The notes beneath the pieces are model-generated. The model saw only the letters and a program-made list of their open reading frames with translations. It was not told the DNA's origin and made no database searches. Position numbers and translations under genes: made by a program. Below, piece after piece: positions 1-7,133 of a stretch of 12,151 nucleotides of DNA (position 1 is its first letter; every line of letters starts with the position of its first letter). Source of the stretch: a virus; the IMG/VR virus record IMGVR_UViG_3300029343_000059, positions 1 to 12,151 of that record; one strand, given 5' to 3'.

Positions 1-1387
1 GAATGACACGCACCATGTTGAATCCATAACTCTCGCACTCCTCACGCCAATACGTTGAAGACCAGCTGTCATAACCTATCCATGCAATCTGTATCCCATG
101 CACCTTGACCATTTCAACAAACCATGCTGTGACATCACTATAATTGATTGTATTGCCTTCACACAAACGCAACAAACCACGTTCACGCCATTTGTCATAT
201 GGGATTTTTTCTTCCTTCACACGTTCTTCAAATCGGTCAGCTGGAAGCCAATACATTTGCGTCACATGCCTTTGCATTGTGTTTTTGTCAATCATCAGCA
301 ATGTTGCACATGTCAAATCAGTTGTGCGGGATAAATCAGCACCGCCAATTGCATACACGCCCGCAAAATCATCAATGTTGAATGTGTCTTCATTGTTCAG
401 CGTGTCGAATGTTAGCCACGCACTTGACGTTGTTGACCGTATGTCAAAATCTTTGCACAATATTCCGTTCAAGTCCTTTGGATTCTGTTTTGCTCTTTCT
501 ACCTTTTCACGAATGTCAGACAATTTTTTGATTGTTCCAAGTGCTGGATTGGCTTTTGTCCATGCGTTCGGATTCTTCCATTCTTCTTTGCTGTCAAGTT
601 CGTATATTATTGGCAAAAAGCGTTCATCATGTATGATTCCGTCAACAATGTCACATGCGTATTTGTATAAGTCATCAAAAATTGATTCCCTTTTCGTTCC
701 AGCCGTGCTAATCATCAGCAACAACGGCTGTTGCCTTGCACTTTGTGATTGCTTGAGTACTTCATACAAACCACGGTCACATTCGTGCAATTCATCAATG
801 ACAATACAATGACCGTTCAATCCGTCCATGGTGTTATATTTTGCCCCTAATGGTTCAAACTTTGACATGGTAGCTGCGAAATATAAATCCGTTTTGCGCT
901 TCTTCAAATGCTTCCGCAAGTCGGGTGATTGTTTCACCATGTTCAAGCATTCATTGAAAATTATCTTGCTTTGTGCAAGTTTGGTGCTTGCACTGTATAC
1001 TTCCGCACCAGCTTCATTGTCAGCAATTAGCATGTATAACGCTATACCAGCAAGCATTGTTGATTTTCCATTTTTACGGGCAACCATGAACAAAGATTCA
1101 TTGTATTTTCGCAAGCCTGTTTCTTTATCTACAAAACCAAATAATGCTTGAATGTATGCTTTTTGAAACAATTCCAGCTTCACGGGTTTTCCTGCCCATT
1201 TGCCTTTGCTATGCTTGCAAAACCTTTCAATGAATTCAATCGGTTTTGTTCCCTTCTTTTCATCAAACACATATTGATTCGGGTGTTCAATGTCATGCAC
1301 TAATTTTTTATAAATCTTTCGGACACGTGTGCTTGTTACAATTTCACCAGCTTCAATTTTCTTTTGATATTCAATAACATAATTCAT
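1..1387 (-). CDS. terL: Terminase large subunit (TerL), 5' portion including the start codon. The gene continues across the circular join into 11782-12151. Total about 545 aa.
   Basis: Hand translation of the minus strand from ATG at 1387-1385 gives MNYVIEYQKKIEAGEIV...SLFMVARKNGKSTMLAGIALYML... This contains a Walker A (GKST). It also contains ...GHCIVIDELHECD (Walker B-like), ...VYAIGGADLSRTTDLT and ...IAWIGYDSWSS (RNaseH-like nuclease acidic motifs). The frame is continuous with track ORF 11782..12144, because positions 1-119 duplicate 12033-12151. The TerS stop (1392-1390) lies 2 nt upstream of this ATG. Confidence 0.9.
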   Translation of the reverse strand, partial: MNYVIEYQKKIEAGEIVTSTRVRKIYKKLVHDIEHPNQYVFDEKKGTKPIEFIERFCKHSKGKWAGKPVKLELFQKAYIQALFGFVDKETGLRKYNESLFMVARKNGKSTMLAGIALYMLIADNEAGAEVYSASTKLAQSKIIFNECLNMVKQSPDLRKHLKKRKTDLYFAATMSKFEPLGAKYNTMDGLNGHCIVIDELHECDRGLYEVLKQSQSARQQPLLLMISTAGTKRESIFDDLYKYACDIVDGIIHDERFLPIIYELDSKEEWKNPNAWTKANPALGTIKKLSDIREKVERAKQNPKDLNGILCKDFDIRSTTSSAWLTFDTLNNEDTFNIDDFAGVYAIGGADLSRTTDLTCATLLMIDKNTMQRHVTQMYWLPADRFEERVKEEKIPYDKWRERGLLRLCEGNTINYSDVTAWFVEMVKVHGIQIAWIGYDSWSSTYWREECESYGFNMVRVI

Positions 1388-1389
1388 TG

Positions 1390-1740
1390 CTACATATTGT
1401 CGTTTATAAAGTCCATTAACGGGTCATTTTCAATTGGTTGCGTGTCCTTTGGTAGTAAATCGCATAACTGTTTGTATAATGCGGAATACTGTTTGATTGT
1501 TGTGTTGTAGCTTTTCAATGCTGGTGATTCACGGAAAAAATCTTGCTTTCCTTGCTGGAAGTGTTCAATTGTTCCGTTTTCTTTCACATTTTCTTTCAGT
1601 TCAGCAAGGGTTGCTGTCATGAATGCAAGTTCATCAGCTATGTTTGAAGCTATTGCCTTTTTGTTGTCGGGTACCAGCTTCACAATTTGATTCAATTTTC
1701 TTTTTTCTGATTTTGTAATTTTATCTTTGTCAATTGTCAT
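1390..1740 (-). CDS. terS: Terminase small subunit (TerS), P27-like family, about 116 aa.
   Basis: MTIDKDKITKSEKRKLNQIVKLVPDNKKAIASNIADELAFMTATLAELKENVKENGTIEHFQQGKQDFFRESPALKSYNTTIKQYSALYKQLCDLLPK... Small helical protein placed between an HNH gene and TerL, the canonical cos-phage arrangement. Strong SD AAAGGTGA lies 5 nt upstream of ATG 1740-1738. The track's longer start at 1797 lacks an SD. The family call is from memory of P27-type TerS sequences. Confidence 0.65.
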   Translation of the reverse strand: MTIDKDKITKSEKRKLNQIVKLVPDNKKAIASNIADELAFMTATLAELKENVKENGTIEHFQQGKQDFFRESPALKSYNTTIKQYSALYKQLCDLLPKDTQPIENDPLMDFINDNM

Positions 1741-1797
1741 GCTATCACCTTTCAATCTTTCAATATTTATTGTAAACATGTATACAAGTATACCCAC

Positions 1798-2124
1798 CGT
1801 TCATGCAAAAACCTTCACGGGGGTTTTCTAATGTGGGGCGTTTGATTACTTTCCGCCTGCCCTGCCTTTTGGGTTGGGGCGGTATTAATTGCCATAGCTG
1901 TGCACTATAAATACCCAGCTAAACCGGATTGGGAGATATAAGGAAGAAATAGAAGAATTAATTTAATTTTGCTGTAAAGCGTCCGTGTGTATGCTTGCCT
2001 ATGAACTCACCGACGGCTGAAAGGACCGCATAGACTGCTCACCAGTCATAAGCAATCTATTAAAGTTCGGTTTGCATGAACACTTTCGCAAGTACCTATA
2101 GTGCACGGCTAAGGCAATTAATTG
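1798..2124. other. Candidate cos / packaging-recognition region: the HNH-TerS intergenic region, locally GC-rich with G/C tracts.
   Basis: This is the only sizeable gap inside the head operon and lies exactly between HNH and TerS, where HK97-like cos phages carry cos. G-runs on the plus strand: cacgggggtttt (1816-1827), tgtggggcgttt (1832-1843), ccgcctgccctgccttttgggttggggcgg (1853-1882). Confidence 0.4.
1884..2122. repeat. Inverted repeat of 26 bp (24/26 match) with arms at 1884-1909 and 2097-2122, enclosing 187 bp.
   Basis: Left arm attaattgccatagctgtgcactata. Right arm tatagtgcacggctaaggcaattaat, which is the reverse complement of the left arm with 2 mismatches. The right arm ends 2 nt from the HNH stop codon (2125-2127). 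Confidence 0.8.
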
Positions 2125-2415
2125 TTATAGCTTTACTAAATTGCCTTGATTGTCAAATATCAATCCCGCTTCTGTTACAGGTTTTTCCATATGCTCGTGT
2201 TGGTGACATGTCGCACACAATGCTTCGAGATTGTCCCATGAAAGCGTTATGTTTGGGTTGTTGATATTTGTCGGATTAATGTAGGTTTTGTGATGCACAA
2301 TGACGGCTGGCTTTCCACATCTCTCGCATACATAGTGTTTGCTTTGCATATATGCTTTTTGTGTGTCTCGCCATGCTTTTGACGCATAGAAACGTTTTGC
2401 GTATTCTTTCGCCAC
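2125..2415 (-). CDS. HNH endonuclease (zinc-finger HNH, terminase-associated).
   Basis: MAKEYAKRFYASKAWRDTQKAYMQSKHYVCERCGKPAVIVHHKTYINPTNINNPNITLSWDNLEALCATCHQHEH... The CxxC...HH...N...CxxCH architecture is classic HNH. GTG start at 2415 with SD GGGGAG upstream. Confidence 0.9.
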   Translation of the reverse strand: MAKEYAKRFYASKAWRDTQKAYMQSKHYVCERCGKPAVIVHHKTYINPTNINNPNITLSWDNLEALCATCHQHEHMEKPVTEAGLIFDNQGNLVKL

Positions 2416-2437
2416 TGTGCACCACTCCCCTTTTCAT

Positions 2438-2704
2438 TCAAATTTTTTTTATTGATATTGTCTTCAATAAGCTGTCAACGCTTCTTTGCATTCTTTCCGT
2501 GTCCACTTGCGTTGGGTCATACCATAAAGACAACAGAAATTTTTGTGCGGTTTCACACAAGGGACTTACGACTTGTTCAGCTTCAACAACGCCCGTTGTC
2601 AACTCTATGTATTCAACGGACGCTGTCAGCAATCCTTCAATGATTGGGTCATTGTCGGTGTTGTCTAATCTCAGCCATTCCCTTGCGGTTTCAAGCGTCA
2701 ACAT
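2438..2704 (-). CDS. gp6-like head-tail connector (DNA-packaging / head completion) protein.
   Basis: MLTLETAREWLRLDNTDNDPIIEGLLTASVEYIELTTGVVEAE... matches the conserved N-terminal pattern of gp6/SPP1 gp15-like connectors (L.L.E.K..LRID.D..D.LI..LI.AA..YI...TG). Its start overlaps the MCP stop (TAATG). Family recalled from memory. Confidence 0.7.
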   Translation of the reverse strand: MLTLETAREWLRLDNTDNDPIIEGLLTASVEYIELTTGVVEAEQVVSPLCETAQKFLLSLWYDPTQVDTERMQRSVDSLLKTISIKKI

Positions 2705-3930
2705 TATCCAGCTTTAACCGCAATTTTCACGAATGCTTCGGACACGATTGGTTTGCAATCCGCAATTGCTAGTCCTCTATAATCAACCTTGCCACTACGG
2801 AATGAAGATTGTGTTGAAGATTCAACAGCAATTCCAGCTGGAAGATTGTATCCCATATAATCAAAATTGCCGTAATAAATAACACCGTCAGCAATGTTGT
2901 CATCAATAACAACTTCATGTCCAAGAATGCTTCCAATGCTTTCTTTCTGTACATCAGCAAGGAAAATTGGACGCTTGTTTGTATCAACAATGTTATATGC
3001 ACCGTTGTATAATGTTGCACTATTCATTGCCCAAACTGCTTTCTTGTGGTATCCACGTTTAAGCATTGCCATTGCACTTGGGAAATTAGCATATGCAAGT
3101 GCATTTGTTTCAACAAGGTTTGTTCCAGCTGTCCAAGTAATTGTTTCAAGTCCGCTTCCCTGTCCTACGCCTGTACCATTTACAATACCGTCCGCAAGGC
3201 ATTCAAGAACACAATTGTTTAATTCGTCAACAAGATATGCTTCAAATGCGTCAATGCTCATGGTTTTAATTTTTGCACTTAGTGAGAAAATTTTGATAAT
3301 TTCATACCCATTGAATGCAACTTCAACAATCTGTGGAACGTCCGCTGCTGCGTCTTTTCCTTCAGTGTTCCAAGTTGCCTTGCTGGAAGGTGTACCAACG
3401 GGAATTGAAATATTGGAAGGCATTGCGAATGCTCTACAACGTGCAAGCAATCCACCTTCTTTTCTTGCCTTTGCAATAACTTCATTCAATGTTGCTGTTG
3501 GAAGCACAACAGCTGTGTTTGAACTCGTTGTGTAATTGTCCGCACGCTTTTCAATTTCCATTGCACGGTTCATTGCACGTGTTTCCGCACCGTTTAATTC
3601 TCTACCAAGTAAAGACTTGAAAAATGCACTTCTATATTCTTTTGACGCATACACATCACCCTTGACAGCTTCAACACTATCATTTGCCATGTTTAGACCT
3701 GTGATTGGATTCATGCTTCTTGCTTCACCTGTTTCACCTGTTGCATTTTCAGTTGCGTTTGCTTTTGCTTCGTTTAATCCTGTCAATTCAATGTTCATTG
3801 CTGTGATGTCAATGTCGGGGTCTGTTTCAATAATTGCTTTCATTTCTGTTGCACGCTTTTCCATTTCCGCAATGCTCTTTGTTCTGTAAAAATTAAATGC
3901 TTCCGCTACTGTTTTAAAGTTCATTTTCAT
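2704..3930 (-). CDS. Major capsid protein, HK97 fold, with an N-terminal delta/scaffolding region of about 100 aa.
   Basis: 408 aa, immediately after the prohead protease, with ATGA start/stop overlap at 3927-3930. The N-terminus is charged and coiled-coil-like (MKMNFKTVAEAFNFYRTKSIAEMEKRATEMKAIIETD...). No separate scaffold gene is present. SD AAGAAGG upstream. Confidence 0.85.
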   Translation of the reverse strand: MKMNFKTVAEAFNFYRTKSIAEMEKRATEMKAIIETDPDIDITAMNIELTGLNEAKANATENATGETGEARSMNPITGLNMANDSVEAVKGDVYASKEYRSAFFKSLLGRELNGAETRAMNRAMEIEKRADNYTTSSNTAVVLPTATLNEVIAKARKEGGLLARCRAFAMPSNISIPVGTPSSKATWNTEGKDAAADVPQIVEVAFNGYEIIKIFSLSAKIKTMSIDAFEAYLVDELNNCVLECLADGIVNGTGVGQGSGLETITWTAGTNLVETNALAYANFPSAMAMLKRGYHKKAVWAMNSATLYNGAYNIVDTNKRPIFLADVQKESIGSILGHEVVIDDNIADGVIYYGNFDYMGYNLPAGIAVESSTQSSFRSGKVDYRGLAIADCKPIVSEAFVKIAVKAG

Positions 3931-4577
3931 TTACCTTCTTTCATTAAAATTTTGTTGCACATGATTTTTAGATTCTGTTTTGCTCTGTATCTCTTTTTTT
4001 CAGCTTCAATTGCATTTCGTGATTCTACCGAAACACTTGTGCTTTCATACGCTGGAAACGGAACAATTGACACTTCATAGACCTTTGCAATTTTTGTGAT
4101 TGTTCTTGTGTTGGTCTTTGCGTCATAACTGTCCCCACCTTCGGGAATAGTGAATGCGAATGACATGCCCGTCAAATCGCCACGCTTTATTGCTTCATAT
4201 ACGCTTTTCCCGTCTTCGGTGTTTGGCAATTCCGCTGTCATTTCCAATGCCTTGTCTGTGACCGTGAATTGCATTGTTTTCGGTACTTTTGCAAGTGGAA
4301 CACGATTTGTTGAATGGTCGTATAACAAACGACTGTCCGACATGTCCGCACCTTCCAATGCACCTTTTTTGATAATTTCGATATAGTCCCCGTTTGGGTC
4401 ATGTATCGTTGTGGGAACATCAAAAACAATTGGCGTTCCCTTTATGTGTAAAGCTGTTTCATTTAATTCAGCTTGCACATTACTTGACCTTATTTCTTTC
4501 ATACTGTGACCGCCTTTCTTGCTGGTTTTCTTCATTGTGTCTTTTTTCGGTGCAATCACACTTTTCACATGGGTCAA
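3927..4577 (-). CDS. Prohead maturation protease, HK97 / S78 family.
   Basis: ...GTPIVFDVPTTIHDPNGDYIEIIKKGALEG...KVYEVSIVPFPAYESTSV... resembles HK97-type prohead serine proteases and sits in the conserved portal-protease-MCP order. The start at 4577 is TTG (the track shows M) with SD GGGTG. Internal ATG starts (MKKTSKK, MKEIRSS) are possible alternatives. Confidence 0.8.
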   Translation of the reverse strand: MTHVKSVIAPKKDTMKKTSKKGGHSMKEIRSSNVQAELNETALHIKGTPIVFDVPTTIHDPNGDYIEIIKKGALEGADMSDSRLLYDHSTNRVPLAKVPKTMQFTVTDKALEMTAELPNTEDGKSVYEAIKRGDLTGMSFAFTIPEGGDSYDAKTNTRTITKIAKVYEVSIVPFPAYESTSVSVESRNAIEAEKKRYRAKQNLKIMCNKILMKEGK

Positions 4578-4612
4578 GGTTGCACCCGCACAATGGACAT
4601 GTATAAAAATAA

Positions 4613-5818
4613 TTATGCCGTTTGTCCTTCATTTGTATTTCCTGTATCTGTTGCACCAGCGTTTGCAAGCTGGTATGCGTTCGCAATAGCTTTGTCAATG
4701 TAATTTAATGACACAATGCGTTTGTCACCGTCTTCAACGGCTGGAAGGTTTAATATTTCCATGCATTGATTGATTGTCAACAATCCCATTGGTGCAAGTT
4801 CCTTGATTATGTTCAATTTTGTTGCGTTGCTGGAATAAACCAAACGCCCACTATCAAACACAATTGAATTTCCAAATGCCCTTTCACGGTCATTGAAAAT
4901 CTTTCTTGTAAATTCCAATGACAATTGCAATGATAATGGTTCAATAACTGATTCATAAAAACTTGACCATTCGTCTTCGGTGTAGCTACTTGTCACAATT
5001 TTTTCTGTGATTCCAAGATATGAATAAATCTTGCCTTGCACCGTTTTCAGCTGTTCAGCGTCAATTGTTTGTGGTTTTGCTTCAATTGGTACATATTCCA
5101 TTTTGCTGTCAGTTGCCACAACACCACCGTTGTTTGAAATGTCCAAATATTCTTCCACAAACTTTTTTGAAGACTCTTTCAATTTGTCTTCATTCATGAT
5201 TTGTGTGTATTTTAAGATTCCACGAATGTTTGCATTGCTTTTGATTCCGTTCACAATGCCTTCGTCCATTGTTTGTGCAAGTGTCAATGCTGGTGCAACA
5301 GCGTCATTGCTGTCACCCAATAATTCATCACTATTGAAAAATCTTGAAATGTGTATCAAATCACGATATGCAAACACAAATGTTTTTCCATTACGGAAAC
5401 GGAATTCAACAAACAAATTTCCCTGTTCATCAGCAATGAAATTTGCTTGCGTTGCTGTGATTGGATATAAAGCAATTATGTTCCCGCTTCGGTCACGTTC
5501 TATGTATGCAAATGAATTGTTGTGAATGTAATAATGTGTGACCAACTTATACAAAAAGTTATATGCGGTCATGTATGGATTCGGTTGCACTTGCAACATT
5601 CTATTCAATCGGCTGTCCGTGAAGTCCTTTGTGTTTCCGTTTGACTTCACAACATGCATTCCTTTCAGCTTTCCAGCATTCCTTGCAATTGCGTCAATGC
5701 CTTGTCTATATAATGCATTGGTGTATGCATTCCCGTTCCAAGCTGTGAAGGGTGCAATGTCTGTGATAATTTTGCCCTTTGTCACTTCTTTTCTTCTTAA
5801 TCTGTCAAATAGACCCAT
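4613..5818 (-). CDS. Portal protein, HK97 family.
   Basis: 401 aa, first gene of the head operon, followed by protease and MCP. SD AAGGTG lies 6 nt upstream of ATG 5818-5816. Size and position are typical of HK97-type portals. Confidence 0.85.
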   Translation of the reverse strand: MGLFDRLRRKEVTKGKIITDIAPFTAWNGNAYTNALYRQGIDAIARNAGKLKGMHVVKSNGNTKDFTDSRLNRMLQVQPNPYMTAYNFLYKLVTHYYIHNNSFAYIERDRSGNIIALYPITATQANFIADEQGNLFVEFRFRNGKTFVFAYRDLIHISRFFNSDELLGDSNDAVAPALTLAQTMDEGIVNGIKSNANIRGILKYTQIMNEDKLKESSKKFVEEYLDISNNGGVVATDSKMEYVPIEAKPQTIDAEQLKTVQGKIYSYLGITEKIVTSSYTEDEWSSFYESVIEPLSLQLSLEFTRKIFNDRERAFGNSIVFDSGRLVYSSNATKLNIIKELAPMGLLTINQCMEILNLPAVEDGDKRIVSLNYIDKAIANAYQLANAGATDTGNTNEGQTA

Positions 5819-5829
5819 TCAATGCACCT

Positions 5830-6120
5830 TGCTTTCTTTCATTCTTTTTTGTTGTATTAAAATATTGCTTTATTGTTTACAGTAATTATAACACTTTTGT
5901 ATGCATTCAACAATCATATTTTTCTTTATTGCTTTAATGTTTACAATAATACAAAATAGCATTCCAGCTTTATTTCATAACATTCAATTGCATTCGTTTT
6001 TGGTCTTCCTGTTGTTATTCTCTATATAGTCTATTCTTGTATCTATATGTATTCCCTTTCTGTGGATATAAAGAATATAAAATATATATAAATATACGGA
6101 AAAAACAAAAAGTGCAAAAA
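5830..6120. other. AT-rich tract, a candidate DNA-unwinding element of the replication origin. It contains a DnaA-box-like 9-mer tgtggatat (6061-6069, 8/9 to TGTGGATAA).
   Basis: Long A/T runs (tatatataaatatacggaaaaaacaaaaagtgcaaaaaaatc) with no credible ORF on either strand. It lies immediately beside the tandem iterons. Confidence 0.45.
5885..5913 (-). promoter_or_regulatory. Candidate sigma70-type promoter for the head/packaging operon, with an extended -10.
   Basis: The minus strand reads TGTTATAAT (-10 TATAAT at 5890-5885 preceded by TG). The -35 is weak (TTGTTG, 17-nt spacing). It lies about 67 nt upstream of the portal ATG. Confidence 0.4.
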
Positions 6121-6164
6121 AATCAGTATTTATCGTGGTTTTCAGCACTTTGAAGCGAAAAAAT

Positions 6165-6230
6165 CATACCCACTTTGGCATGGTTTCATACCCACTTTGG
6201 CATGGTTTCATACCCACTTTGGCATGGTTT
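6165..6230. repeat. Three perfect tandem 22-bp direct repeats (iterons): catacccactttggcatggttt.
   Basis: Copies at 6165-6186, 6187-6208 and 6209-6230 are identical. They lie in the 1-kb intergenic region downstream of the prim-pol/rep genes, adjacent to the AT-rich tract. They are a candidate origin or centromere. Confidence 0.9.
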
Positions 6231-6741
6231 CGGCTTTTTGGTGGTCTAAGTTTCGTAAAACCATAAATACCTGTAGACTAGTCAAAAACGGCATTTTTTC
6301 CCGTGTTTATGCGGTAATTCGCATTTTTCCATTCATCACTTTTACATGGTTGCGTAATCACTTTTTTCCGGTTTCTAAATACAGACTTTTGAAGCAAAAA
6401 AAACAGTATTGCCATATTGGGCGTTTTTAGCCATTTTGAGCGTGTTTTGTGTGTTGGACGGTAAATTGTTCATGAAATGTGTTTGCGTGGCTCTACGGGG
6501 CAAATAAACACGTTCACGGGCATTCCAGCATGACTGTTTGATTATTCATGACAACATTTTGCAATCATGGTTCAATTTTCATGTTGTTTGGTGTCAATAT
6601 AAATCACAAATGCCCCTGTGACGCTCTCACGTGGCTTGTATTGGCTTTTGAATGTCTTAATGTACAATTTACCCATAAAGACAATAAAACCGTTCTACGG
6701 GCATTCTATGGCGTTTTACGGCATATTGTAAAAATAGGCAT

Positions 6742-6773
6742 AAAAAAAGCACACGCCAATTTTGCATGTGCTT
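6742..6773 (-). terminator. Candidate intrinsic terminator of the par/rep operon.
   Basis: On the minus-strand transcript: stem AAGCACA / loop of 13 nt / TGTGCTT, followed by UUUUUUU (plus-strand A7 at 6742-6748). Lies 30 nt after the stop of the 107-aa gene. Confidence 0.45.
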
Positions 6774-6804
6774 CATGTATTCTTCATGGTATATTTTATT
6801 GTTT

Positions 6805-7128
6805 CTAAATATTAAACTCTTTTCCAAATGCTACAGAAGCAATCACACGAAAGTCATGCTCCGCCCCATCAACAAAGAAGTCCCCATTTTCAAAACTGAA
6901 TAAAACACCATCAACATCAATTATTTTTCCGTCTTCATCATGCTTCATAATCAAGTATGTATCGTCTTTCTTGTCTTCAAAATGCTTATAAAAATCTTCG
7001 ATTTCTTCCCAGCTGCTAAAATCTTTAAATACTTTTTTCACTTCCACCTTGTTAACCGTGTTATTTGATTCGTCAACGATAACATAAGAATAAATGTCTA
7101 GATTGTTTGAATTTGTTTTTTTACTCAT
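6805..7128 (-). CDS. Hypothetical protein, 107 aa, acidic, last gene of the rep operon.
   Basis: MSKKTNSNNLDIYSYVIVDESNNTVNKVEVKKVFKDFSSWEEIEDFYKHFEDKKDD... SD AAGAAGG upstream of ATG 7128. Co-oriented with and 5 nt downstream of prim-pol. No family recognised. Confidence 0.55.
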   Translation of the reverse strand: MSKKTNSNNLDIYSYVIVDESNNTVNKVEVKKVFKDFSSWEEIEDFYKHFEDKKDDTYLIMKHDEDGKIIDVDGVLFSFENGDFFVDGAEHDFRVIASVAFGKEFNI

Positions 7129-7133
7129 TTTAT

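Noticed and set aside
98-1151. Plus-strand ORFs 98..334, 144..812, 148..381 and 828..1151 from the six-frame track.
   Set aside because: They are antisense to the well-supported TerL gene (Walker A/B and nuclease motifs on the minus strand). Their products are low-complexity and Cys/Phe/Ser-rich, with no SD.
1741-1797. Longer TerS start at 1797 (MGILVYMFTINIERLKGDSM...) given by the ORF track.
   Set aside because: It has no ribosome-binding site, whereas the internal ATG at 1740 has a near-perfect AAAGGTGA SD. The extension overlaps the TGTTTAC-containing leader.
1807-1827. Hairpin aaaacc-ttcacggg-ggtttt followed by a U-run on the minus strand, which could be a terminator between HNH and TerS.
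   Set aside because: The stem is short and A/U-rich, so it is probably too weak to terminate. More likely it is part of the packaging-site or leader structure.
2076-3889. Plus- and minus-strand alternative-frame ORFs overlapping HNH, the connector and the MCP (for example 2352..2717 +, 2452..2643 +, 2769..3020 -, 2894..3535 +, 3536..3889 +, 2247..2441 -).
   Set aside because: They lie antisense to or out of frame with strongly supported capsid-module genes. Their composition is typical of shadow ORFs in AT-rich DNA.
4480-4698. Cys-rich 72-aa minus-strand ORF (CPLCGCNLDPCEKCDC...) spanning the portal/protease junction.
   Set aside because: It overlaps both the portal 3' end and the protease 5' end in a different frame, and has no independent RBS. 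The CxxC spacing is probably coincidental. It could only be revisited if ribosome profiling or conservation showed otherwise.
5819-6804. LexA/Cheo box (GAAC-N4-GTTC), which would indicate SOS-controlled induction of the head operon.
   Set aside because: Several GTTC half-sites occur in the repeat family, but I found no properly spaced GAAC partner. I cannot support an SOS operator from the sequence.
6197-6808. Plus-strand ORFs 6197..6430 (77 aa) and 6548..6808 (86 aa) inside the origin-like intergenic region.
   Set aside because: No Shine-Dalgarno. The first starts inside the iteron array. They are hydrophobic and low-complexity, and run on the strand opposite to every other gene. They are more likely non-coding repeat DNA.
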